Source: Chiloscyllium plagiosum
Taxonomy: Eukaryota
Assembly (NCBI RefSeq): GCF_004010195.1
Contig: NC_057755.1
Coordinates: 6,245,474 to 6,309,473 of the forward strand
Reading direction: 5' to 3'
Length of the DNA stretch: 64,000 nt
Shown here: positions 26,293-39,944 of the stretch, piece by piece
Numbering within the stretch: position 1 is the stretch's first letter
How the letters are laid out: each line of letters opens with the position of its first letter
Program-made: the position numbers and the translations under genes
Notes under the pieces: generated by a model
Database searches by the model: none
The model's input: only the letters and a program-made list of their open reading frames with translations
What the model was told of the DNA's origin: nothing

Positions 26293-27689
26293 AGCCATCA
26301 TCCAATACAAACAAAAAATCACACATCCAGCACACTGTGAAATCATTCCTTGCCATCGCCAGCTCTGCCTATGCATCAACCATCTCCATTCTAACAATTG
26401 AACAGACAGCATTCCTTCACATTTACTGCAACCAAATCCCCCCATTCTGATACACAGTCAGTCTGTCAGTTCTTTCGTTCCTCATGATTATTCAGATGGA
26501 TACACTCTATGAGGAAACATGATTTTAGCGACTAGTGAATCAACGCTGCCCGACATTGCCCTGATTAGATAGGAGTCCGCCCTTCTGTCATTTGTTTGGA
26601 AAATCGTTGGGAATCAATTAAAAACACATCCTCTTTAATCCATGTCTGCGTTTAGATAAATGTTAAACGCATTTCTTAAGAATTTAAATTAAAGAAGTTG
26701 CCATAATTCCTATCAATTTTGGCAAACATTACAAGATGAAAATGCATGCTATTCCAAAGGTATTGATCAATCAGAAATATTGCATTGCACACTTAATTAC
26801 AAAATGCAGTCAACACAGAATATAAATATATTTATATATGTGCAAATATTATCTTCTACAACTCAGAAATACATTTGGTTTGTTTTGTTGGGTTGTGTCA
26901 AATTTGAATGTTGGTTCACTTCTTCAAATTATACTGTAAATAACTGTACTGTTTCTGTGATTATGCATGTAATTAAAGATTTTCCTATGCATAAAGCATG
27001 TCTTTGGAATACTGAAAATAAATACAGAATAGAAATATTGAAAACACAAACATTCCCTTCCTTTGAATGAAGTTATATTTTCGATGGCACTATTACTTTT
27101 ATTTCACTCACATTATGGCATGTTGAATATTGTAATGGTATTGTCATTAATACGATAATAATAAATGAAATCACGATGGGCCGAATGTCCCAATTCTCAT
27201 TGTAACAAATTCGATGGTTTTGTGAATTAACTGGCTTTATTAATGGAAACGATTATTCGCAGTTTCCTGTCACCGATTTACTGCAGACAAAACGAAAGTG
27301 GCCCAAGGACAGTCCATACAAAATCATAATATAAAATTGAAATGTTCTCATTCATAGAAGGATCTGAGAATATCGATGTGTTGTATCGTTGGGTCCGTAA
27401 TGTTTGATTGAGCACTATCTTTGCAGTTAAATTACAGCTTCAACGTGTTTTGTTTTCTTTGAACGTTGATCAGAGATATGCTGTTGTGGTTGAGAGCCAA
27501 GTAGTGATTAAATGAAACGGAAATTATGTCAAATTCATATTCTCTTTACTTTTTTCTCAAATTAAGTTTGGAGAACATAATGTTGATCCATGTTGGAAGT
27601 TCAATATCACAAATAAGTCTCACCAAGATACCAGTCAGGTTCTCTGGGATTTGATCGCCACAGAACTGAAATCAAAAGGATTACAAAAT

Positions 27690-28310
27690 TTCACAGTCCT
27701 CTGCACACTTTGTTCAACCACTCATCTTAACGATATCGCCAACAGTGATATGTTATACTCAGTTCCAAATAATCTATGTGAATTGTGAATAATGTCTCTC
27801 CCAACACTGACCCCTGAGTCACACCACTAGTAAGAGTTTGCCAACGGGAATAACACTCATTTATCCCCACTCTTTGTTTCCTATTACTTAGCTAATCCTC
27901 TACTATTGCTCGTACATTTGCAAAACACATGTATCTTTATCGTATGCAGCAGCCTTTTGTATGCATCTTAGCGAATGCCTTATGGAAATTTAGTCACACC
28001 ACATCTACTGTGACCCCATTGTACACCATACTTGTTACGTCTGCAGAGAAGTACAGGAAGATTGCTGAAGCATGACCTCTCCTTTGTAAGCCCATGCAGC
28101 GTCTGGACAAATGGATATTTTCTATCTAGATGCCTTCCCAATTCCTTCCTTGATAATAGCTTCAAGCATTGTCCCAACGAGAAAAGTTAAGCGATCCATA
28201 CTGTAATTCACCATCTTTTGACTCCCTCCTTTTTTAACAAACAGTGGTGTCACATTTGCTGTTTTTCGATCCGCTGGAGTTGCCCCAGAAACCAGTGATT
28301 TTTGGGACAT
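27690..28310 (-). mobile_element. Degraded CR1 ORF2 (RT) internal fragment
   Basis: PADRKTANVTPLFVKKGG, HGLTKERSCFSNL and LVVTQGSVLG-like motifs. Confidence 0.8.
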
Positions 28311-28827
28311 TAAAGACGTAAAGCCGAGCACCACATTGACAATGCTCTTCAGGGTACAAACTCCGGTCCAAACATTATAAACAGCTTCAGTATTGCAGTT
28401 TTCGGTCGCGGTTTTAAAATGTTCTTGGATTAATTAACTGGGTTTACACACGTTTCTGTTTCCTAGAGTTATTTGTGGTCGATTTATTCCAATATCGAAT
28501 ATCAATGCATACATAGTAGAGTCAATCAGGAATATATTAACGTCTGTAATACTGGACAGTGCAATTATGTTGTTATGACATTTTAATTTTTTAAATTATT
28601 TTGCCAGATTTGTGCAATTTTGTATCAGTGGCAATGTGCCACGTCAAAGAAATGGAATCTAACGGAGTGTCATAGTCTGTTTACTTTTGTTTTGTTTGAA
28701 AAGCATGACGTTGACATGAGTTAGCTCACCTGCTAGGTTTAAATGAATGGTCCTGGTATTTCAATCAACGCAGACTAAAGTACGAGTGGATTAATGGCAG
28801 CACAAAGCGACACTTATTGACTTAGAA

Positions 28828-28892
28828 ATGGCTTTTCAAGTGGACAATTTCCAAAGGTATATTATATGATCCTTGCTGTTGTTGGTCTGCTA
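28828..28892 (+). pseudogene. GPCR unit B, orphan first exon
   Basis: MAFQVDNFQ then a frameshift to KVYYMILAVVGL. Donor mutated (TTAAGT). Downstream sequence aligns by eye with the intron start after 15785. Confidence 0.8.
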
Positions 28893-29744
28893 TTAAGTGA
28901 GAATAACAATGGAAGACTTGTAAATGTTACAGTGTGCTCGATGAAGTTACGTGCTGATTGAAAGTGCAGAGACCTTATATTAGGCTGTCATTTTTGTATC
29001 AAATGAGTTGCTTTGTCTCCGCAATTTTATTCCCACTCTTCAGACGATATTTAATCATTGCATACAGTTCAAATATTTTCTAGCAATGATTTACTGCCTT
29101 TCCTGTAATGCAGGATTGAAATGGACATCAGTTAATGTCGTCATTCAGAGGAAGACTACTGGAATCATCTATTCCTGTAGATTTGTGCAAAGTAAGTTTC
29201 ACTGCTGTGAAAGGTTTTCTGCAGTGTTTTTGCATTATTGTGACTATGCATCGACTTGTTCTTGCAATAATGTTTATTTCCTCACCGGAATTAATTAAAA
29301 TTTCTGAATTAAAAACTAGCGTTCACTTTACTCAACCTATTTATTCTATTCGACTGCAAGTTTCTTTTTATTTGTGCATTTTTCTGATGGGGTATAAAAT
29401 AAATGATGGATTCTTTAATGTACAGTCATGGCTTTCCTTTGCGTATACAAGCCGACAGCCCTGTCACTTCATTTCCATGCACGGGATATCAGCAAATAAT
29501 GTTTGAAAATGGGCAATGAAAAGACACAAGGCCAGGAGAGAAATCTTAAAGCTGCACCGAGCGTGTGTGCTTCACAAGTAACAGTGACATGATCCACTCT
29601 TTCCAACAAGTACTAACTCTGCAAACTGTTGAAAATGCTGAGGCTTCTTCTGCCCCATGATCACGGAGAAGTCTATCTCAGTAACTGCATTAGCTTCGTC
29701 CTTCAGTAATTTAAGTAATGTCGTTTTCAAAACAGAAGTCGTAG

Positions 29745-30830
29745 TGTCATAGAGTCACGGGGTTGCACAGCACAGAAACAGATGCTTCAGCCCAGCCCGT
29801 CCATGTCGATCAGTCAACTTAAATTCATATAATTTCATACACTAGCATTTGGTCGACATCTCTCTCAACCCTCTATTTTCACATGCACATCCAGATGTCT
29901 TTGAAATGTTGTAATTGCACCAGCCTCTCTCACGTGGTCTGGCAACTCTTTCCTTAGACGCACCACCCGCTAAATGAAAACCTTTCCCCTTCGGTCCCTT
30001 TTATATCCTTTCCTTCTCACCTGAAAGCTATGCCCTGCAGTTTTGGACTCCACTACTCTGGGAAAAATATTTTGGAAGACAGCCATATCAATGCTCCTCG
30101 TGATTTTATTAACGTTAACCTCCAATGCTCTCGGCCACATAGGCATTTATGGGCGGCACGGTGGCACAGTAGTTAGCACTGCTGCCTCACAGCGCCAGAG
30201 ACCCGGGTTCAATTCCCGACTCAGGCGACTGACTGTGTGGAGTTTGCACATTCTCCCCGTGTCTGCGTGGGTTTCCTCCGGGTGCTCCGGTTTCCTCCCA
30301 CAGTCCAAAGATGTGCGGGTCAGGTGAATTGGCCATGCTAAATTGTCCATAGTGTTAGGTTAAAGGGGTCAATGTAGGGGTATGGGTGGGTTGCGCTTCG
30401 GCGGGTCGGTGTGGACTTGTTGGACCGAAGGGCCTGTTTCCACACTGTAAGTAATCTAATCTAATCTATCCCCCCAGCAAACTCAGCCTTCTCCTTCCAA
30501 CTCAAACTTTCCAACCTGGCAATATTCCTGTAAATCGCTTCTGAAGCTCTTCTATTGATATGAAGAACAGAATTGAATGCAACATTCCAAGAGGGACTTA
30601 CTCAATCTCCTGCACCAACACAACTTGAACTCCAACGCCTATACATCATAGAGTAGCAGTTAACACACGTTTTCCGAACGGCTTCTTGACTGGCTGTCTA
30701 CCTGTGACTCCACCTGCAAGGAACAATGAATCTGCACTCTACCCTCTCTTTGATCAGCCACATTCCCCACACCCCTGAGCTTATTCACCTTCCGAAAATG
30801 CAACACATTAAAATTCAGCTAATTTCATCA
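29745..30830 (-). mobile_element. Old CR1 fragment (paralogue of 17693-18480) carrying a SINE insertion
   Basis: Reverse-complement CR1 tail (gtcatagagtcacgg..cacagaaacag) and degraded RT-tail sequence. Confidence 0.75.
30151..30467 (+). mobile_element. Full-length HE1-type V-SINE (tRNA-derived head, V-domain, CR1-derived tail)
   Basis: A-box-like ggtggcacagtagttagc, B-box-like gggttcaattccc, V-domain ttctccccgtgtctgcgtgggtttcctccgggtgctccggtttcctcccacagtccaaagatgtg, tail ccgaagggcctgtttcc plus (taatc)n. Confidence 0.93.
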
Positions 30831-31464
30831 CTGTCTGCAACTGCTCGGGACAACGGTCAATCTGCACTCAAACAAAGTAGTTTTGGAACTACATTCAAAT
30901 CACTGTTTGGAAGTTTAATGCACCACGAACTATTGCACTCAGTTTAAATTTGTGAAGCAATCAGATTCTTCCTTATCTATTTTAAACCAAAGTCACAGAT
31001 CGAAATGAGAAAACGTAGGTTTTTCCAGGAATGCAATATTCAGTTTATTTAGGGCTATCCATGATTCCAGTCGCTTCAGTAACTTTATATTGGGCATGTG
31101 GCATGTCACAGAACATCACTTTCAAATTACATCAAAATTCTCATCGGTGAAAATTAGTCTAGAGATGCCTTTCTCACGGAAGCATTTGGTGAATAGAGCA
31201 CTCATGTTGCATTTGTATTAATGCTATGCAGACGGGTCTCAAGGTTCACAGAGATGAACTGCATTGATGACCTGACTATTTGAAGGTCAATAGGCAGACC
31301 ATATGCAGGTACATCTCTGTCACGTCGAAGTCATGCAAGTTTCCTTTTCGTCAGATTTGGAAAGTCCTTATCCTTGCTCCACAAACAACGAACCGCGCAT
31401 TTTCTATGTACTTTCTAAGAACTTCTCGAGTGCAATTTCCTTTTTGTTTGCAAAGTCAATATTT

Positions 31465-31780
31465 TCAGGAGTTGCTCCTGAAAGTAGCAACGCAGGGAGA
31501 TAGAGTAATGAAGAATGTACATGCCGTGCGAGATGTGATCCATCACAGTATTGAATACAGGAGTTGGCAAATCATGTTGCAGCCTTTTAGAACTTTAATT
31601 AAATCACATTTGTCGTATTGTGTGTTTTTCTGGTCACCACAAGAGGCATTGTTTAGAATGCAAGAGAGGTTTACCAGAATGTTGCCTGCATCAGGGTGCA
31701 TGAGCTATACGGAGCGATTAGCCAAATTTGAGTTGTTTATCGAGCGTATTGGAGGGTACAGAAAGATCGGACAGAGGATG
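31465..31780 (+). mobile_element. Old CR1 fragment, paralogue of about 19720-20040
   Basis: LKVATQGDRVMK..IEYRSWQIMLQPFRTLIKSHLSYCVFFWSP peptide. Confidence 0.75.
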
Positions 31781-33744
31781 TGTACTCTTCTAAACTCGAG
31801 TGATTAATTTCCAAACAGTTTTAGTTTATTTTTCTCTTTGTCCACACATGCCAGCAAACCGGCTAAGAGTCTCCAGGATTTTCTGTGACAATGTCAGATT
31901 TCCAGCATCTGAAGTTCTTTTATCAGCATAAACAATGTGGAGCAGGGTCGTCTATAACAATATGTTGTGGGAGTGATGCAAATGTTGAAAGCTACATGTG
32001 GAAGATATCAGAGGACAATATTATGTGAATGGGTGATGATTATTTCAAAATATGCATTGCGTCTAAAACGCAACTCTTGATGAAGTGATCGTACTACCAA
32101 AAAGGAGCTACTGTCAAACTAAAACATAGAATCACATTGCTTACTTCATGATTTCGAGCAGGGTACTTACCATTTAGAACATTGATTTAGCATTATGAGT
32201 GTTTTATCTTCAACAGTATTGTTTAAAAGTTGAACTTAAACGCACAGGATCAGGATGATGCATTCAGAGCTCACAGTAACATTCAGTCTGACCATGAAAT
32301 GTCCCCTTTCTCATTGCCAGTATTTTCCATGATACATAAGATTTTATCTGAGATAGGAAAGGTGATCCTCAGCAGAAACTTTTGATTTCTGTGCATATGT
32401 AAATACGGGATTGGTCTTTTTTCTCCCAAAGTATTTTTCTTTTCAATGTTAGAATAGCAGCATATTTCAGCTCGCCTCTGTCACCATTGTGGCCTTCCAG
32501 TGTTAGAACTTGAAATTTTGCGTGCATAACTGTCATACTGCTGTGAGATCTGGAACTACGTGGAAGCATTTACTTCGCTGAGATCCAACACAACTTAGTT
32601 CTCCTTTGAATATGACTTACTTTGAACGAGACAGACAAAGGAATGCAATTGTGGGTACAGCAGACAACTCTGCAATCACAGCTCATATCTGAAGACTGGT
32701 GAGGTTCTCGTCTGCCTTCTGAGTCATGGGACAAGTTATGGAAACGATGACATTTACACTGATGGTCGTTTGTAAGTGGAAGGATATTTTCAACTTGTTG
32801 GATTCTCAAGAGCTAGCTCTTAGGGTCAGTTCATGCAAGACAGAGTTGAGAATGCTAATTTTCTTCACAGAGTTAATTAGTCTATTATACTCTCTTGCTG
32901 GAAAGACACTAAAAGGAGAGGAATTCAGTCTTTTAGAGGTACAGTTAGATTGATTCTGCTTTCTAACTGAGTGAAAGACGATCAGGGCTAGAACAGATTG
33001 TGGAATAGTTCGACCCGCCATGGACATAACTTAGGGTCAAATGGCTGGACCTCCTACTCCTCCTTCCAATTTCGTGAGCTCATACAATCATTCACACAGG
33101 TAATGAATGGAGACACATGATTGACAAAATAAAACAGACCTCTTACTTAGAAAGAACGGCAGAAACACTCCATTCAGAGAAAGCATCTGATTCCGAGTAG
33201 TGTAAGAAATATAGAGAAGTGTGACGCATGACTGGGAGCTAATGCTAGGATAAGTGTTTTTCAGTTTCTGATCAAGGGGAGAAAGCTTAATTCCCTGAGG
33301 AGTCCGTGAAGAACTTCAGTATAAATGTGAACAAATTCCATCAGGATCACACTGATTAAGAGGTTCTGTATCTCGGAAAATTCAAATCATGACTCGAGTA
33401 TGAGCCTGCACTCTCCCCACTCTCAGTCAGGCACTGATCCTGACAAGGCTCATGTATTTGAGGAATCAACACCTCTCCACTATCTGAAAACATTAGTTTG
33501 CGGGAAGAAAATTGAGTACACTTCATATAGGTCAGGATGGTCAACGTTGGAAATGTTCATTCTAGCGCAAGTGTGATTTTCACCTTTTCAGACGAGGTCT
33601 ATATAATTTTGTTATTTATAAATGGATAAGAAGAGATAAAAGTTAGAAATTCTTCAGGAGTGAGTGGATTGCAAATAATTTTAAGTTCATTTGTAATAAC
33701 AACTTCCCCTGCCTCTGCAATACTTTCTTTCAGTCATAGATAAA

Positions 33745-34566
33745 ATGCAGAGCTGGGTTTAGAGGTGGCAAAAGGAGTTTAATGAGGACAAGTGTGAGGT
33801 GATTCACTTTGGTCGGAGTAACCGGAATGCAAAGTACTGGGCTAATGGTAAGATTCTTGGTAGTGTAGATGAGCAGAGAGATCTCGGTGTCTGGTACACA
33901 GATCCTTAAAATTTGCCACCCAGGTTGACAGGGCTGTTAAGAAGGCATACAGTTTTTTTTAGCTTTTATTAATAAAGGGATCGAGTTCCGGAACCCTGAG
34001 GTTATGCTACACCTGTACAAAACCCTAGTGCGGCCGCACTTGGAGTATTGTGTACAGTTCTGGTCACGGGATTATAAGAAGGATGTGGAAGCTTTGGAAA
34101 TGGTGCAGAGGAGATTTACTAGGATATTGCCTGGTGTGGAGGGAAGGTATTACGAGGAAAGGCTGAGGGACTTGAGGTTATTTTCGTTAAAGAGAAGAAG
34201 GTTGAGAGGTGACTTAATAGAGACATATAAGATAACCAGAGGGTTAGATAGGTTGGACTGGGAGAGCCTTTTTCCAAGAATGGCGATGGCGAGCACGAGG
34301 GGGCATAGCTTAAAATTGAGGGGTGATAGATATAGGACAGATGTCAGAGGTAGTTTCTTTTACTCAGAGAATAGTAAGGGTATGGAATGCTTTGCCTGCA
34401 ATGGTATTAGATGCGCCAACTTTAAGTGCATTTAAGTCGTCATTGTACAGGCATATGGACGTACATGGAATAGTGTAGGTGGGATGGGCTTCAGATTGGT
34501 ATGACAGGTCGGCGCAACATCGAGGGCCGAAGGGCCTGTACTGCGCTGTGATGTTCTATGTTCTGT
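33745..34566 (+). mobile_element. CR1 LINE 3' fragment (unit-B-specific, little diverged)
   Basis: ORF 34004-34435 MLHLYKTLVRPHLEYCVQFWS..; tail gttctatgttctg. Confidence 0.93.
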
Positions 34567-36487
34567 GTAATCCGATGTCCTTGAACATTTTTACAATCCT
34601 ATGCCTGAAGTGATGCAAGCCAGCCATCATCCAATACAACGTTCTATCACCAACAAATCACACATGTAGTACTCTGTTGAGATCCTTCATTTCCGTCTCC
34701 AGCTCTGCCTGTACATCATCCAGCTCTGGTGTAACAATTGTACAGAAAGCAGTCTTTCACATTCTTCACAACCTGCTCCCCCTGTTCTTACACTCTGTCG
34801 ATCTGTCTCCTTAAGATTGGTTCAGTCAACTACACTGCAAGAACATTGAATAGTCGGGAATATTTTAACGTACAACTAATTGCAAAATACAATTAACATT
34901 GAAAATAAATATGCACATGCAAATCACATTTCGTACTAGTCAGAAATGGCTTTGGATTGTTTTGTTGAGTTGAATCACACTCCCATGTTTCTCTGCTTTT
35001 TTATATGCCACTGTACAGAACTGAAATTATTTCTTGATTAAGTATGAACATGAAAATATTTTTATTTATGAAGTACTTTTGTAATGAAGCAAATGCGTAC
35101 AGAATACAAATACACAAAATGCTAACTTTCTCTTTGCTTTCAATCAAGTTATGTTTTCATCTTCACTGTTACTTATATTTCCCTCTCAGTTTACCATTGG
35201 GGCATGTTGAAGACTGTTTTCATTATTTTGTATTGTTTTTTCAATATTAAGATGATAATGTACGATTAAAAAGTACGATTTCAGTGATTCTGTGAATTAA
35301 CTGCCTCGAATTATTCACAGTTTCCTCTGGCAGATTGACATCAGTGAACATGAAGATGGCCCTGTGAGAATCCATCCAAAATGACAATATAAAAATTAAA
35401 GGGTCTCATTCATAGAAGGACCTGGGGGCATCGATTGGTATAATCGTTCAGTCCGTGATGCTTGAGTTGATATAGCCACAGTATCGCTTTAATGAGTTAT
35501 TTTTCTTTCAACATTGATTGGATTTGTGCTACCAAGGCTGAGTACCAAGTATGGATTAAATGAAATGGAAATAATGTCAAGTTAATATTCTTAAAAAAAG
35601 ATAAATTTGGACAACGTGATGTTGACCAATGAAGCAAATTTAATATCACCAATAAAGTCTCAACAAGGTATCAATCAGTGGCTCTAGGGTTTTATTGCCA
35701 CCAAAGGAAGGATTACTTGCACAATTACGGGACATATTATTAATACAGGAAGGATAGTTGGTATGGATGAATGCTGTAAATTGTACTGCATGATCCTTGC
35801 TACATCTTGGCTGCTTTGCAAATCAATGTAAACATTTCAGATCTTTAATTTTTAAAACCTTCTCTGACGGTGTTACATGATCACTTCAGGCGCTCACTCG
35901 TTTGTTGAAATGTTCTTTTTTTTGTGAACTTTTGCTCCTCCTCTTAGATGATAATATACTGCTATGTGTTGTTCACGGACTTTCTGACAGTGACTTACCG
36001 CCGTGAGTGCAATGCCCTGTAGTGCTGAAATGGATACAACTTGTGTAGAAATATTGAGGGGGTTAATTCTGGAAATGTCTCTTCATGTAGATCTGTAGAG
36101 CCCGTATCACAACTTGGAGCAGAAGTGTTTATTACAGTGTGCTTGTACTTTGTGAACATCCGACAGGGTTCAATCGTCCTGAGTGCAACTTATTAACTGT
36201 CATGAAATAAATGGTACTATTGAGAAATTGCGTTTTTTTTTCTGGTGTGCACCTCTGCATCTTTGACTTTATTTTTGTGAAGTAGAAACATCAGGGGATT
36301 CACGTGTGTACGTGTGTGTATGCATATGTGTGTGTGTGCGTGCGCACGTATACATGTGTTCAGCATTCAACAAAATACAAACAACTATACGATCAGAGTT
36401 CCTTTCAGAATACCGGTGAGGTGACACTTAATGGAGATGGAGTCAGATCCATTGCCAGCAATCATGTGTTAATGTCACTGGACCAGG

Positions 36488-36491
<4 letters not shown>

Positions 36492-36543
<52 letters not shown>
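36492..36543. repeat. Perfect (CA)n microsatellite
   Basis: Direct inspection. Confidence 0.97.
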
Positions 36544-36545
<2 letters not shown>

Positions 36546-38282
36546 GACCTGACTCTGGTTTCAGAGTCCTGGAATAACAAGAAATAACGACCTTCGAACT
36601 GAATGCAGTTTGTAAAAGGAAGGTGTTTCTCATCTTCTGTGAGGTTCAAGAGCTCCTGGTTTCTGTGTCGATTTAAGGGGAACACATGGAAGACAGAGCT
36701 GTGAATAACTATTTTCCTCCCTAAGTTCATGAGTCTGTTACAATCTGTTTCTGCAAAGTCAAAAAAAAACACAGATTTGTGACTTTTTAAGACAGAGTTG
36801 GAGGGGTTCTGCTTTATAAACAGGTGAAAGCTGGGAAGGGATGGAACGGAACGTGGGATCATTAGTATCATCACAGATTACGAAAGGAACAGAAGAAAGT
36901 GACATTGAGACAGATGATAGGTCGTGATATCATGGAATGGGAATTTGCCTCCACTTGCACTGAGAAGAACAGGCTCAAATTTAAGAAATCCTGCAAAAGA
37001 GGAAAAGGCACCGCTGGAGAACAAAACGTCTTTGTGATGCATTGAGTAATTGTGTACTGGAATACGGTGCCTTGAAGTGTGATGGGAAGAGGATTCAGTT
37101 GTTGCAGCGATGCAAATTGCAGGTTTTATTTGAGCAGCAGAGGGCACCTGTGGCTCAGCCTGGAGGCCGTCAGCCTCTCATTGATCTCCATCCTCCAGCT
37201 CCATCTTACGGCTACTGTAGGGGTTGCAGCTTCCCTCCTTACTGTAACTCCTTGCATTTCTAACTTGTATTTTACGATTTAAGTAAACTCTGTCACAAGT
37301 TGCATCAAGGTTTCCAAATGCGCTTAGTGGGAGTCTTTGCACAATGAATATTTCACGCCCGGGTTCACAACGTGACGAAAAACAGGGCAAAGAAAAAACG
37401 AGAAGAAAATGTTTTCTCGTTCTGATAAAACTCGAACTCAGCAAATTCGCAGACCTCATGGGCTCATTGCAGTTTCATTCGCGTGTGCAACCATCTGGTG
37501 TTAAACAGTGGAATAAATCTGTGTACATTTGGGCAAAAAATGTTGTAAGAATTTGTACAATAACGTGTGCTACTTTGTGCAAACATCTTGTGTTAAGTTT
37601 CTGGAGAACATTAGTGGGAATTTGTGTTGAGAGTCTGTGTCTGGCCTGCTTAGGGTTTGTACCTGCAGGTTTGTGCGTGTGCATGCATGTGTGTGTGCTT
37701 ATGATTGTGTGCGTGTTTGTGTGCGTGTGTAAATGAACGACGAGGAAACTAGACATTTTCTGATCATTTTCTCTATCTTTCTTTATCTCTATCTATCTCT
37801 CTGTCTCTCTCTCCCGCTACCTCTCTCTCTCTCTCTGTCTGGTTCCAGTTCTTCTCTGACGATTCCTCATGGGAGAAATTATTTAATTCTCTCTGTCTCT
37901 GCACAGGCCCGAGATTCAGCTCCAAGATCCGATCTCCTCCTCCGGGCAGGTTTGGTGGGGGAGCAGACTGAGAAATTTAAAAAATAAATTTGAAATAAAA
38001 TACAACAGTGGCGCCAAAAGCACAGCAAAATCCCCCCGCTGTCTGCCTTCACAATCTCCTACTTTATCCTGTGAAACTGGATCAGTTTAATTATTGCATG
38101 ACTAATGAATTGCTGAACATCACAACAACATCAAAATGCAGAGATATCACCGTAGAACAGTTGACCAGAGGCGAGAAACATTAATAAGCAGCAGCCTCCA
38201 TGGCACAGCAAGATCACACAAGGGAGCAGTCTATCCACAGACACATCACACGTGTCCTTAAAGTGAGATGCGGGAGAAATCC

Positions 38283-38670
38283 CCATGTACAAGAAAGGTA
38301 GCAAGGATATTCCGGGTAACTACAGACCAGTGAGCCTGAGGTCAATGGTGGGAACGTTGCTAGAGAAGGTACTGAGAGATAGGATCTACTTATATTTAGA
38401 AAAGAACGGGCTTATCAATGATAGGCAACATGGTTTTGTGCGGGGGAGATCGTGCCTTATCAACAAGTTCATTGAGGAAGTGCCCTGTCAAAATCGGACA
38501 AGTCTAGCAAATGCCTTCTTCACTAACCTGTCTACCCGTGTCTCTAGCTTCAAGGAACTGTGAACCTGTATCCCAAGCTCTTTGATTGGCAAGATTCCCC
38601 AGCACTTTACTCTGATTTGCCTTATTAAAATGCAAAACCTCCCATTTATTGCAATTAAACTCCATCTACC
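38283..38670. mobile_element. CR1 RT fragment (+, 38283-38480) joined to a degraded inverted CR1 fragment
   Basis: YKKGSKDIPGNYRPVSL..QHGFVRGRSCL, followed by minus-strand TRVDRLVKKAF-type sequence. Confidence 0.75.
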
Positions 38671-39944
38671 TCCTTCTTCAGAGCTTCAGCCAAACTGTAC
38701 TCAAACGGAAAGAAGTTGTCAATGACAATAAACCATTTTCACTGATTTTCTGATGTTATTACAGCTACAGTGAAATCCTGGGAGAAGTGTGCGAAGTAAA
38801 ATCGATAAGCTGAGAGTAAATAGTATTAGAATCAAGTAGAACATGACAGGCAACAATAAATCTGAGTTCAATGAAAACGAATGCGAGCAGGTTCACTTGA
38901 TGCAGAAATCAAATCCAAAGGAATGCATCCTCTCTTGTTCTACATAAATGGTAAGAATCCTAGCACCTCCTGAACGCATTCAGGATAAAAGCTTCCAGGC
39001 AAATATCTTTAGTTGCTTCATCATTGGAGCACCCTTGTTTATATCTTCAAAAGGGGAACTTGCAATTGTGGCTGTGAATTTTCTGCTCAATTTGAAATTA
39101 TTGATATCGTGAAAGATTCAGTTCTATATGCAACAAGACACATTTAACAATCGTAACTGTGTGATATTTCGAAAGTACGATCAAAACCCCCAGTGGCAGG
39201 CAATGAGCCTTTGAAGCAAGAAAAAAATCTAATCATAACTTCATAATGATTGCCAAATTTGAGATCACCACATTAGCCTCGGTCAACCATCTGAGATCAC
39301 CATCGTCCCAAAGCTGTGTTCGACGAGTCACAGGAATGCTAAGATTTCAAAGCTGTCGTAAAATTATTTCAGCTATCAATTAGCGCTCAAGCGTTAAAAA
39401 TCATCTTTTTTTATAAATGTGTCCGCATTTAAAAAGAATTTCCTAGAAAGAAATCTTTACGCAGAACACCTGTGCTGATCACTCTGAGATTGTACATTAA
39501 ATAAAAACCCACACTTCCAACAAACTGCTGAACCACTTCTTTCTGATTCAGCAAAAACTGTGAGATCACCCTTTGTGCAGAGTTTGCACATTCAGTTTCC
39601 TGATTCTTTCCACGAAGATCTAGGACACTTCCCTGTAATCCAATGTTTTTAAAAATGTATTGATCCAAAAAGGGTTAGAAAAAGATTTAAAAAAAAACAT
39701 ACTGCAGACGTTGTGGACCCGAAACAGGTACAAAAAATGCTGGAGAAACTCCACGGATGTGGCAACAAATGAGAAGAACGAAGCTGTTCAATAAATAACC
39801 CTTACTCTTCTTCAGAACTGCTCCATTAACAGAACAATATCATGATCGATATTTTCTATTCTTAGTCAACGCTCTTTGCAGAGACTGACAACCTGTTGTT
39901 GGATGAAAAATTGAAACTTCGGAGCTTCGATTTTCCATAAGACA

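Noticed and set aside
25160..26356. Long ORFs of 269-394 aa
   Set aside because: They are artefacts of translating through the N gap.
30151..30225. tRNA gene
   Set aside because: It is the tRNA-derived head of the HE1-type SINE.
37890..37965. Small plus-strand exon (gcacag|GCCC...GCAG|gtttgg)
   Set aside because: The donor is weak, the pyrimidine tract is explained by nearby CT repeats, and no product is recognisable.
38985..39040. Possible first exon of unit C (NIFSCFIIGAP)
   Set aside because: No start codon or donor site, and the flanks do not clearly align with those of units A or B.
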